Shown piece after piece: positions 12,790 to 24,899 of a stretch of DNA of 64,000 bases. The DNA lies in assembly GCA_964016885.1 (NCBI GenBank), contig OZ024741.1:363444001-363508000 (forward strand), read 5' to 3'. The notes beneath the pieces were generated by a model. That model had not been told where the DNA came from. It saw only the letters and a program-made list of their open reading frames with translations, and ran no database searches. The stretch is from Eledone cirrhosa. Taxonomy: Eukaryota. The position numbers were made by a program, and so were the translations under genes. Position 1 is the first letter of the stretch. The number at the start of each line of letters is the position of its first letter.

Positions 12790-15700
12790 AAGGTTGTTTT
12801 ACAATAACATAGATGTAGGTATAGCTGGGGTTAAGAAGGTTATTTCACAATAACATAGATGTAGGTATAGCTGTGGTTAAGAAGGTTGTTTTACAATAAC
12901 ATAGATGTAGGTATAGCTTGGGTTAAGAAGGTTGTTTTACAATAACATAGATGTAGGTATAGCTGGGGTTAAGAAGGTTATTTCACAATAACATAGATGT
13001 AGGTATAGCTTGGGTTAAGAAGGTTGTTTTACAATAACATAGATGTAGGTATAGCTGTGGTTAAGAAGGTTGTTATACAATAACATTGATGTAGGTATAG
13101 CTTGAGTTAAGAAGGTTATTTCACAATAACCTAGATGTAGGTATAGCTGTGGTTAAGAAGGTTGTTTTACAATAACATAGATGTAGGTATAGCTTGGGTT
13201 AAGAAGGTTATTTCACGATAACATAGATGTAGGTATAGCTGTGGTTAAGAAGGTTATTTCACAATAACATAGATGTAGGTATAGCTTGGGTTAAGAAGGT
13301 TATTTCACAATAACATAGATGTAGGTATAGCTTTGGTTAAGAAGGTTATTTCACAATAACATAGATGTAGGTATAGCTTGGGTTAAGAAGGTTATTTCAC
13401 AATAAAATAGATGTAGGTATAGCTTGGGTTAAGAAGGTTGTTTTACAATAACATAGATGTAGGTATAGCTGTGGTTAAGAAGACTATTTCACAATAACAT
13501 AGATGTAGGTATAGCTTGGGTTAAGAAGGTTATTTCACAATAACATAGATGTAGGTATAGCTGTGGTTAAGAAGGTGATTCCACAATAACATAGATGTAG
13601 GTATAGCTGTGGTTGAGAAGGTTATTTCACAATAACATAGATGTAGGTATAGCTTGGGTTTAGAAGGTTGTTTTACAATAACCTAGATGTAGGCATAGCT
13701 TGGGTTAAGAAGGTTATTTGACAATAACACAGATGTAGGTATAGCTGTGGTTAAAAAGGTTATTTCACAATAACATAGATGTAGGTATAGCTGTGCTTAA
13801 GAAGGTTGTTTTACAATAACCTAGATGTAGGTATAGCTTGGGTTAAGAAGGTTATTTCACAATAACACAGATGTAGGTATAGCTGTGGTTCAGCAGACTA
13901 TTTCACAATAACATAGATGTAGGTATAGCTGTGGTTAAGAAGACTATTTCACAATAACATAGATGTAGGTATAGCTGTGGTTAAGAAGGCTATTTCACAA
14001 TAACATAGATGTAGGTATAGCTGTGGTTAAGAAGACTATTTCACAATAACATAGATGTAGGTATAGCTTGGGTTAAGAAGGTTATTTCACAATAACATAG
14101 ATGTAGGTATAGCTTGGGTTAAGAAAGTTATTTCACAATAACCTAGATGTAGGTATAGCTGTGGTTAAGAAGGGTGTTTTACAATAACATAGATGTAGGT
14201 ATAGCTGTGGTTAAGAAGACTATTTCACAATAACATAGATGTAGGTATAGCTTGGGTTAAGAAGGTTGTTTCACAATAACATATATGTAGGTATAGCTGT
14301 GGTTAAGAAGGATATTTCACAATAACGTAGATGTAGGTATAGCTTGGGTTTAGAAGGTTGTTTTACAATAACCTAGATGTAGGTATAGCTTGGGTTAAGA
14401 AGGTTATTTCACAATAACATAGAGGTAGGTATAGCTGTGGTTAAGAAGGTTGTTTCACAATAACATAGATGTAGGTATAGTTGTGGTTAAGAAGACTATT
14501 TCACAATAACATAGATGTAGATATAGCTGTGGTTAAGAAGGTTATTTTACAATAACATAGATGTAGGTATAGCTGTGGTTAAGAAGGTTGTTTTACAATA
14601 ACATAGATGTAGGTATAGCTTGGGTTAAGAAGGTTGTTTTACAATAACATAGATGTAGGTATAGCTGGGGTTAAGAAGGTTATTTCACAATAACATAGAT
14701 GTAGGTATAGCTGTGGTTAAGAAGGTTGTTTTACAATAACATAGATGTAGGTATAGCTTGGGTTAAGAAGGTTGTTTTACAATAACATAGATGTAGGTAT
14801 AGCTGGGGTTAAGAAGGTTATTTCACAATAACATAGATGTAGGTATAGCTTGGGTTAAGAAGGTTGTTTTACAATAACATAGATGTAGGTATAGCTGTGG
14901 TTAAGAAGGTTGTTATACAATAACATTGATGTAGGTATAGCTTGAGTTAAGAAGGTTATTTCACAATAACCTAGATGTAGGTATAGCTGTGGTTAAGAAG
15001 GTTGTTTTACAATAACATAGATGTAGGTATAGCTTGGGTTAAGAAGGTTATTTCACGATAACATAGATGTAGGTATAGCTGTGGTTAAGAAGGTTATTTC
15101 ACAATAACATAGATGTAGGTATAGCTTGGGTTAAGAAGGTTATTTCACAATAACATAGATGTAGGTATAGCTTTGGTTAAGAAGGTTATTTCACAATAAC
15201 ATAGATGTAGGTATAGCTTGGGTTAAGAAGGTTATTTCACAATAAAATAGATGTAGGTATAGCTTGGGTTAAGAAGGTTGTTTTACAATAACATAGATGT
15301 AGGTATAGCTGTGGTTAAGAAGACTATTTCACAATAACATAGATGTAGGTATAGCTTGGGTTAAGAAGGTTATTTCACAATAACATAGATGTAGGTATAG
15401 CTGTGGTTAAGAAGGTGATTCCACAATAACATAGATGTAGGTATAGCTGTGGTTGAGAAGGTTATTTCACAATAACATAGATGTAGGTATAGCTTGGGTT
15501 TAGAAGGTTGTTTTACAATAACCTAGATGTAGGCATAGCTTGGGTTAAGAAGGTTATTTGACAATAACACAGATGTAGGTATAGCTGTGGTTAAAAAGGT
15601 TATTTCACAATAACATAGATGTAGGTATAGCTGTGCTTAAGAAGGTTGTTTTACAATAACCTAGATGTAGGTATAGCTTGGGTTAAGAAGGTTATTTCAC

Positions 15701-16540
15701 AATAACACAGATGTAGGTATAGCTGTGGTTCAGCAGACTATTTCACAATAACATAGATGTAGGTATAGCTGTGGTTAAGAAGACTATTTCACAATAACAT
15801 AGATGTAGGTATAGCTGTGGTTAAGAAGGCTATTTCACAATAACATAGATGTAGGTATAGCTGTGGTTAAGAAGACTATTTCACAATAACATAGATGTAG
15901 GTATAGCTTGGGTTAAGAAGGTTATTTCACAATAACATAGATGTAGGTATAGCTTGGGTTAAGAAAGTTATTTCACAATAACCTAGATGTAGGTATAGCT
16001 GTGGTTAAGAAGGTTGTTTTACAATAACATAGATGTAGGTATAGCTGTGGTTAAGAAGACTATTTCACAATAACATAGATGTAGGTATAGCTTGGGTTAA
16101 GAAGGTTGTTTCACAATAACATATATGTAGGTATAGCTGTGGTTAAGAAGGATATTTCACAATAACGTAGATGTAGGTATAGCTTGGGTTTAGAAGGTTG
16201 TTTTACAATAACCTAGATGTAGGTATAGCTTGGGTTAAGAAGGTTATTTCACAATAACATAGAGGTAGGTATAGCTGTGGTTAAGAAGGTTGTTTCACAA
16301 TAACATAGATGTAGGTATAGTTGTGGTTAAGAAGACTATTTCACAATAACATAGATGTAGATATAGCTGTGGTTAAGAAGGTTATTTTACAATAACATAG
16401 ATGTAGGTATAGCTGTGGTTAAGAAGGTTGTTTTACAATAACATAGATGTAGGTATAGCTTGGGTTAAGAAGGTTGTTTTACAATAACATAGATGTAGGT
16501 ATAGCTGGGGTTAAGAAGGTTATTTCACAATAACATAGAT
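12790..16540 (+). repeat. 40-monomer (1840-bp) tandem duplication, also at ~22400-26150
   Basis: TATTTGAC marker at 13720/15560 and 23332/25172 (1840=40x46). Intervening rare markers are collinear. Confidence 0.9.
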
Positions 16541-19500
16541 GTAGGTATAGCTTGGGTTAAGAAGGTTGTTTTACAATAACATAGATGTAGGTATAGCTGT
16601 GGTTAAAAAGCTTGTTATACAATAACATAGATGTAGGTATAGCTTGGGTTAAGGAGGTTATTTCACAATAACATAGATATAGGTATAGCTGTGGTTAAGA
16701 AGGTTATTCCACAATAACATAGATGTAGGTATAGCTTGGGTTAAGAAGGTTATTTCACAATAACATAGATGTAAGTATAGCTGTGGTTAAGAAGGTTATT
16801 TCACAATAACATAGATGGAGGTATAGCTGTGGTTAAGAAGGTTCCTTTACAATAACATAGATGTAGGTATAGCTGTGGTTAAGAAGGTTGTTTTACAATA
16901 ACATAGATGTAGGTATAGCTGTGGTTAAGAAGGTTATTTCACAATAACCTAGATGTAGGTATAGCTGTGGTTAAGAAGGTTGTTTTACAATAACATAGAT
17001 GTAGGTATAGCTGTGGTTAAGAAGACTATTTCACGATAACATAGATGTAGGTATAGCTTGGGTTAAGAAGGTTGTTTCACAATAACATAGATGTAGGTAT
17101 AGCTGTGGTTAAGAAGGTTATTTCACAATAACATTGATGTAGGTATAGCTGTGGTTAAGAAGGTTATTTCACAATAACATAGATGTAGGTATAGCTGTGG
17201 TTAAGAAGGTTATTTCACAATAACATTGATGTAGGTATAGCTGTGGTTAAGAAGACTATTTCACAATAACATAGATGTAGGTATAGCTTGGGTTAAGAAG
17301 GTTGTTTGACAATAACCTAGATCTAGATATAGCTGTGGTTAAGAAGGTTATTTCACAATAACATAGATGCAGGTATAGCTTGGGTTAAGAATGTTATTTC
17401 ACAATAACATTGACGTAGGTATAGCTGTGGTTAAGAAGGTTATTTCACAATAACATAGATGTAGGTATAGCTTGGGTTAAGAAGGTTATTTCACAATAAC
17501 ATAGATGTAGGTATAGCTTTGGTTAAGAAGGTTATTTCACAATAACATAGATGTAGGTATAGCTTGGTTAAGAAGGTTATTTCACAATAAAATAGATGTA
17601 GGAATAGCTTGGGTTAAGAAGGTTGTTTTACAATAACATAGATGTAGGTATAGCTGTGGTTAAGAAGACTATTTCACAATAACATAGATGTAGGTATAGC
17701 TTGGGTTAAGAAGGTTATTTCACAATAACATAGATGTAGGTATAGCTTGGTTAAGAAGGTTGTTTTACAATAACATAGATGTAGGTATAGCTGTGGTTAA
17801 GAAGGTTATTTCACTATAACATAGATGTAGGTATAGCTTGGGTTAAGAAGGTTATTTCACAATAACATAGATATAGGTATAGCTTGGGTTAAGAAGACTA
17901 TTTCACAATAACATAGATGTAGGTATAGCTTGGGTTAAGAAGGTTATTTCACAATAACATAGATGTAGGTATAGCTGTGGTTAAGAAGGTGATTCCACAA
18001 TAACATAGATGTAGGTATAGCTGTGGTTGAGAAGGTTATTTCACAATAACATAGATGTAGGTATAGCTTGGGTTTAGAAGGTTGTTTTACAATAACCTAG
18101 ATGTAGGCATAGCTTGGGTTAAGGAGGTTATTTCACAATAACATAGATGTAGGTATAGCTGTGGTTAAGAAGGTTATTCCACAATAACATAGATGTAGGT
18201 ATAGCTGTGGTTGAGAAGGTTATTTCACAATAACATAGATGTAGGTATAGCTGTGGTTAAGAAGCTTGTTATACAATAACATAGATGTAGGTATAGCTTG
18301 GGTTAAGGAGGTTATTTCACAATAACATAGATGTAGGTATAGCTGTGGTTAAGAAGGTTATTCCACAATAACATAGATGTAGGTATAGCTTGGGTTAAGA
18401 AGGTTATTTCACAATAACATAGATGTAAGTATAGCTGTGGTTAAGAAGGTTATTTCACAATAACATAGATGTAGGTATAGCTTGGGTTAAGAAGGTTATT
18501 TCACGATAACATAGATGTAGGTATAGCTGTGGTTAAGAAGGTTATTTCACAATAACATAGATGTAGGTATAGCTTGGGTTAAGAAGGTTATTTCACAATA
18601 ACATAGATGTAGGTATAGCTTTGGTTAAGAAGGTTATTTCACAATAACATAGATGTAGGTATAGCTTGGGTTAAGAAGGTTATTTCACAATAAAATAGAT
18701 GTAGGTATAGCTTGGGTTAAGAAGGTTGTTTTACAATAACATAGATGTAGGTATAGCTGTGGTTAAGAAGACTATTTCACAATAACATAGATGTAGGTAT
18801 AGCTTGGGTTAAGAAGGTTATTTCACAATAACATAGATGTAGGTATAGCTGTGGTTAAGAAGGTTATTCCACAATAACATAGATGTAGGTATAGCTGTGG
18901 TTGAGAAGGTTATTTAACAATAACATAGATGTAGGTATAGCTGTGGTTAAGAAGGTTGTTTTACAATAACATAGATGTAGGTATAGCTTGGGTTAAGAAG
19001 GTTATTTCACAATAACATAGATGTAGGTATAGCTTGGGTTAAGAAGGTTGTTTTACAATAACATAGATGTAGGTATAGCTGGGGTTAAGAAGGTTATTTC
19101 ACAATAACATAGATGTAGGTATAGCTTGGGTTAAGAAGGTTGTTTTACAATAACATAGATGTGGGTATAGCTGTGGTTAAGAAGGTTGTTTTACAATAAC
19201 ATAGATGTAGGTATAGCTTGGGTTAAGAAGGTTATTTCACAATAACATAGATGTAGGTATAGCTGTGGTTAAGAAGGTTATTCCACAATAACATAGATGT
19301 AGGTATAGCTGTGGTTAAGAAGGTTGTTTTACAATAAGATAGATGTAGGTATAGCTTGGGTTAAGAAGGTTATTTCACAATAACATAGACGTAGGTATAG
19401 CTTGGGTTAAGAAGGTTATTTCACAATAACATAGATGTAGGTATAGCTGTGGTTAAGAAGACTATTTCACAATAACATAGATGTAGGTATAGCTGTGGTT

Positions 19501-22500
19501 AAGAAGACTATTTCACAATAACATAGATGTAGGTATAGCTGTGGTTAAGAAGACTATTTCACAATAACATAGATGTAGGTATAGCTGTGGTTAAGACGGC
19601 TATTTCACAATAACAAAGATGTAGGTATAGCTGTGGTTAAGAAGACTATTTCACAATAACATAGACGTAGGTATAGCTGTGGTTAAGAAGGTTATTTCAC
19701 AATAACAGAGATGTAGGTATAGCTGTGGTTAACAAGGTTATTTCACAATAACATAGATGTAAGTATAGCTGTGGTTAAGAAGGTTATTTCACAATAACAT
19801 AGATGTAGGTATAGCTTGGGTTTAGAAGGTTGTTTTACAATAACCTAGATGTAGGCATAGCTTGGGTTAAGAAGGTTATTTCACAATAACACAGATGTAG
19901 GTATAGCTGTGGTTAAAAAGGTTATTTCACAATAACATAGATGTAGGTATAGCTGTGCTTAAGAAGGTTGTTTTACAATAACCTAGATGTAGGTATAGCT
20001 TGGGTTAAGAAGGTTATTTCACAATAACACAGATGTAGGTATAGCTGTGGTTCAGCAGACTATTTCACAATAACATAGATGTAGGTATAGCTGTGGTTAA
20101 GAAGACTATTTCACAATAACATAGATGTAGGTATAGCTGTGGTTAAGAAGACTATTTCACAATAACATAGACGTAGGTATAGCTGTGGTTAAGAAGGTTA
20201 TTTCACAATAACAGAGATGTAGGTATAGCTGTGGTTAACAAGGTTATTTCACAATAACATAGATGTAAGTATAGCTGTGGTTAAGAAGGTTATTTCACAA
20301 TAACATAGATGTAGGTATAGCTTGGGTTTAGAAGGTTGTTTTACAATAACCTAGATGTAGGCATAGCTTGGGTTAAGAAGGTTATTTCACAATAACACAG
20401 ATGTAGGTATAGCTGTGGTTAAAAAGGTTATTTCAGAATAACATAGATGTAGGTATAGCTGTGCTTAAGAAGGTTGTTTTACAATAACCTAGATGTAGGT
20501 ATAGCTTGGGTTAAGAAGGTTATTTCACAATAACACAGATGTAGGTATAGCTGTGGTTCAGCAGACTATTTCACAATAACATAGATGTAGGTATAGCTGT
20601 GGTTAAGAAGGCTATTTCACAATAACATAGATGTAGGTATAGCTGTGGTTAAGAAGACTATTTCACAATAACATAGATGTAGGTATAGCTTGGGTTAAGA
20701 AGGTTATTTCACAATAACATAGATGTAGGTATAGCTTGGGTTAAGAAAGTTATTTCACAATAACCTAGATGTAGGTATAGCTGTGGTTAAGAAGGTTGTT
20801 TTACAATAACATAGATGTAGGTATAGCTTGGGTTAAGAAGGTTGTTTCACAATAACATAGATGTAGGTATAGCTGTGGTTAAGAAGGTTGGTTTACAATA
20901 ACATAGATATAGGTATAGCTGTGGTTGAGAAGGTTGTTTTACAATAACATAGATGTAGGTATAGCTGTGGTTAAGAAGACTATTTCACAATAACATAGAT
21001 GTAGGTATAGCTTGGGTTAAGAAGGTTGTTTCACAATAACATAGATGTAGGTATAGCTGTGGTTAAGAAGGTTGTTTTACCATAACATAGATGTAGGTAT
21101 AGCTTGGGTTAAGAAGGTTGTTTCACAATAACATAGATGTAGGTATAGCTGTGGTTAAGAAGGTTGTTTTACAATAACATAGATGTAGGTATAGCTGTGG
21201 TTAAGAAGACTATTTCACGATAACATAGATGTAGGTATAGCTTTGGTTAAGAAGGTTATTTCACTATAACATAGATGTAGGTATAGCTGTGGTTAAGAAG
21301 GTTATTTCACAATAACATTGATGTAGGTATAGCTGTGGTTAAGAAGGTGATTCCACAATAACATAGATGTAGGTATAGCTGTGGTTGAGAAGGTTATTTC
21401 ACAATAACATAGATGTAGGTATAGCTGTGGTTAAGAAGGTTGTTTTACAATAACATAGATGTAGGTATAGCTTGGGTTAAGAAGGTTATTTCACAATAAC
21501 ATAGATGTAGGTATAGCTGTGGTTGAGAAGGTTGTTTTACAATAACATAGATGTAGGTATAGCTGGGGTTAAGAAGGTTATTTCACAATAACATAGATGT
21601 AGGTATAGCTTGGGTTAAGAAGGTTGTTTTACAATAACATAGATGTAGGTATAGCTGTGGTTAAGTAGGTTGTTTTACAATAACATAGATGTAGGTATAG
21701 CTTGGGTTAAGAAGGTTATTTCACAATAACATAGATGTAGGTATAGCTGTGGTTAAGAAGGTTATTCCACAATAACATAGATGTAGGTATAGCTTGGGTT
21801 AAGAAGGTTATTTCACAATAACATAGATGTAGGTATAGCTGTGGTTAAGAAGGTTGGTTTACAATAAGATAGATGTAGGTATAGCTTGGGTTAAGAAGGT
21901 TATTTCACAATAACATAGACGTAGGTATAGCTGTGGTTAAGAAGACTATTTCACAATAACATAGATGTAGGTATAGCTGTGGTTAAGAAGGCTATTTCAC
22001 AATAACAAAGATGTAGGTATAGCTGTGGTTAAGAAGACTATTTCACAATAACATAGATGTAGGTATAGCTTGGGTTAAGAAGGTTATTTCACAATAACAT
22101 AGATGTAGGTATAGCTCGGGTTAAGAAGGTTGTTTTACAATAACATAGATGTAGCTATAGCTGTGGTTAAGAAGGTTGTTTCACAATAACATAGAGGTAG
22201 GTATAGCTGTGGTTAAGAAGGTTGTTTCACAATAACATAGATGTGGGTATAGTTGTGGTTAAGAAGACTATTTCACAATAACATAGATGTAGATATAGCT
22301 GTGGTTAAGAAGGTTGTTTTACAATAACATAGATGTAGGTATAGCTTGGGTTAAGAAGGTTATTTCACAATAACATAGATGTAGGTATAGCTGTGGTTGA
22401 GAAGGTTGTTTTACAATAACATAGATGTAGGTATAGCTGGGGTTAAGAAGGTTATTTCACAATAACATAGATGTAGGTATAGCTGTGGTTAAGAAGGTTG

Positions 22501-24899
22501 TTTTACAATAACATAGATGTAGGTATAGCTTGGGTTAAGAAGGTTGTTTTACAATAACATAGATGTAGGTATAGCTGGGGTTAAGAAGGTTATTTCACAA
22601 TAACATAGATGTAGGTATAGCTTGGGTTAAGAAGGTTGTTTTACAATAACATAGATGTAGGTATAGCTGTGGTTAAGAAGGTTGTTATACAATAACATTG
22701 ATGTAGGTATAGCTTGAGTTAAGAAGGTTATTTCACAATAACCTAGATGTAGGTATAGCTGTGGTTAAGAAGGTTGTTTTACAATAACATAGATGTAGGT
22801 ATAGCTTGGGTTAAGAAGGTTATTTCACGATAACATAGATGTAGGTATAGCTGTGGTTAAGAAGGTTATTTCACAATAACATAGATGTAGGTATAGCTTG
22901 GGTTAAGAAGGTTATTTCACAATAACATAGATGTAGGTATAGCTTTGGTTAAGAAGGTTATTTCACAATAACATAGATGTAGGTATAGCTTGGGTTAAGA
23001 AGGTTATTTCACAATAAAATAGATGTAGGTATAGCTTGGGTTAAGAAGGTTGTTTTACAATAACATAGATGTAGGTATAGCTGTGGTTAAGAAGACTATT
23101 TCACAATAACATAGATGTAGGTATAGCTTGGGTTAAGAAGGTTATTTCACAATAACATAGATGTAGGTATAGCTGTGGTTAAGAAGGTGATTCCACAATA
23201 ACATAGATGTAGGTATAGCTGTGGTTGAGAAGGTTATTTCACAATAACATAGATGTAGGTATAGCTTGGGTTTAGAAGGTTGTTTTACAATAACCTAGAT
23301 GTAGGCATAGCTTGGGTTAAGAAGGTTATTTGACAATAACACAGATGTAGGTATAGCTGTGGTTAAAAAGGTTATTTCACAATAACATAGATGTAGGTAT
23401 AGCTGTGCTTAAGAAGGTTGTTTTACAATAACCTAGATGTAGGTATAGCTTGGGTTAAGAAGGTTATTTCACAATAACACAGATGTAGGTATAGCTGTGG
23501 TTCAGCAGACTATTTCACAATAACATAGATGTAGGTATAGCTGTGGTTAAGAAGACTATTTCACAATAACATAGATGTAGGTATAGCTGTGGTTAAGAAG
23601 GCTATTTCACAATAACATAGATGTAGGTATAGCTGTGGTTAAGAAGACTATTTCACAATAACATAGATGTAGGTATAGCTTGGGTTAAGAAGGTTATTTC
23701 ACAATAACATAGATGTAGGTATAGCTTGGGTTAAGAAAGTTATTTCACAATAACCTAGATGTAGGTATAGCTGTGGTTAAGAAGGTTGTTTTACAATAAC
23801 ATAGATGTAGGTATAGCTGTGGTTAAGAAGACTATTTCACAATAACATAGATGTAGGTATAGCTTGGGTTAAGAAGGTTGTTTCACAATAACATATATGT
23901 AGGTATAGCTGTGGTTAAGAAGGATATTTCACAATAACGTAGATGTAGGTATAGCTTGGGTTTAGAAGGTTGTTTTACAATAACCTAGATGTAGGTATAG
24001 CTTGGGTTAAGAAGGTTATTTCACAATAACATAGAGGTAGGTATAGCTGTGGTTAAGAAGGTTGTTTCACAATAACATAGATGTAGGTATAGTTGTGGTT
24101 AAGAAGAATATTTCACAATAACATAGATGTAGATATAGCTGTGGTTAAGAAGGTTATTTTACAATAACATAGATGTAGGTATAGCTGTGGTTAAGAAGGT
24201 TGTTTTACAATAACATAGATGTAGGTATAGCTTGGGTTAAGAAGGTTGTTTTACAATAACATAGATGTAGGTATAGCTGGGGTTAAGAAGGTTATTTCAC
24301 AATAACATAGATGTAGGTATAGCTGTGGTTAAGAAGGTTGTTTTACAATAACATAGATGTAGGTATAGCTTGGGTTAAGAAGGTTGTTTTACAATAACAT
24401 AGATGTAGGTATAGCTGGGGTTAAGAAGGTTATTTCACAATAACATAGATGTAGGTATAGCTTGGGTTAAGAAGGTTGTTTTACAATAACATAGATGTAG
24501 GTATAGCTGTGGTTAAGAAGGTTGTTATACAATAACATTGATGTAGGTATAGCTTGAGTTAAGAAGGTTATTTCACAATAACCTAGATGTAGGTATAGCT
24601 GTGGTTAAGAAGGTTGTTTTACAATAACATAGATGTAGGTATAGCTTGGGTTAAGAAGGTTATTTCACGATAACATAGATGTAGGTATAGCTGTGGTTAA
24701 GAAGGTTATTTCACAATAACATAGATGTAGGTATAGCTTGGGTTAAGAAGGTTATTTCACAATAACATAGATGTAGGTATAGCTTTGGTTAAGAAGGTTA
24801 TTTCACAATAACATAGATGTAGGTATAGCTTGGGTTAAGAAGGTTATTTCACAATAAAATAGATGTAGGTATAGCTTGGGTTAAGAAGGTTGTTTTACA

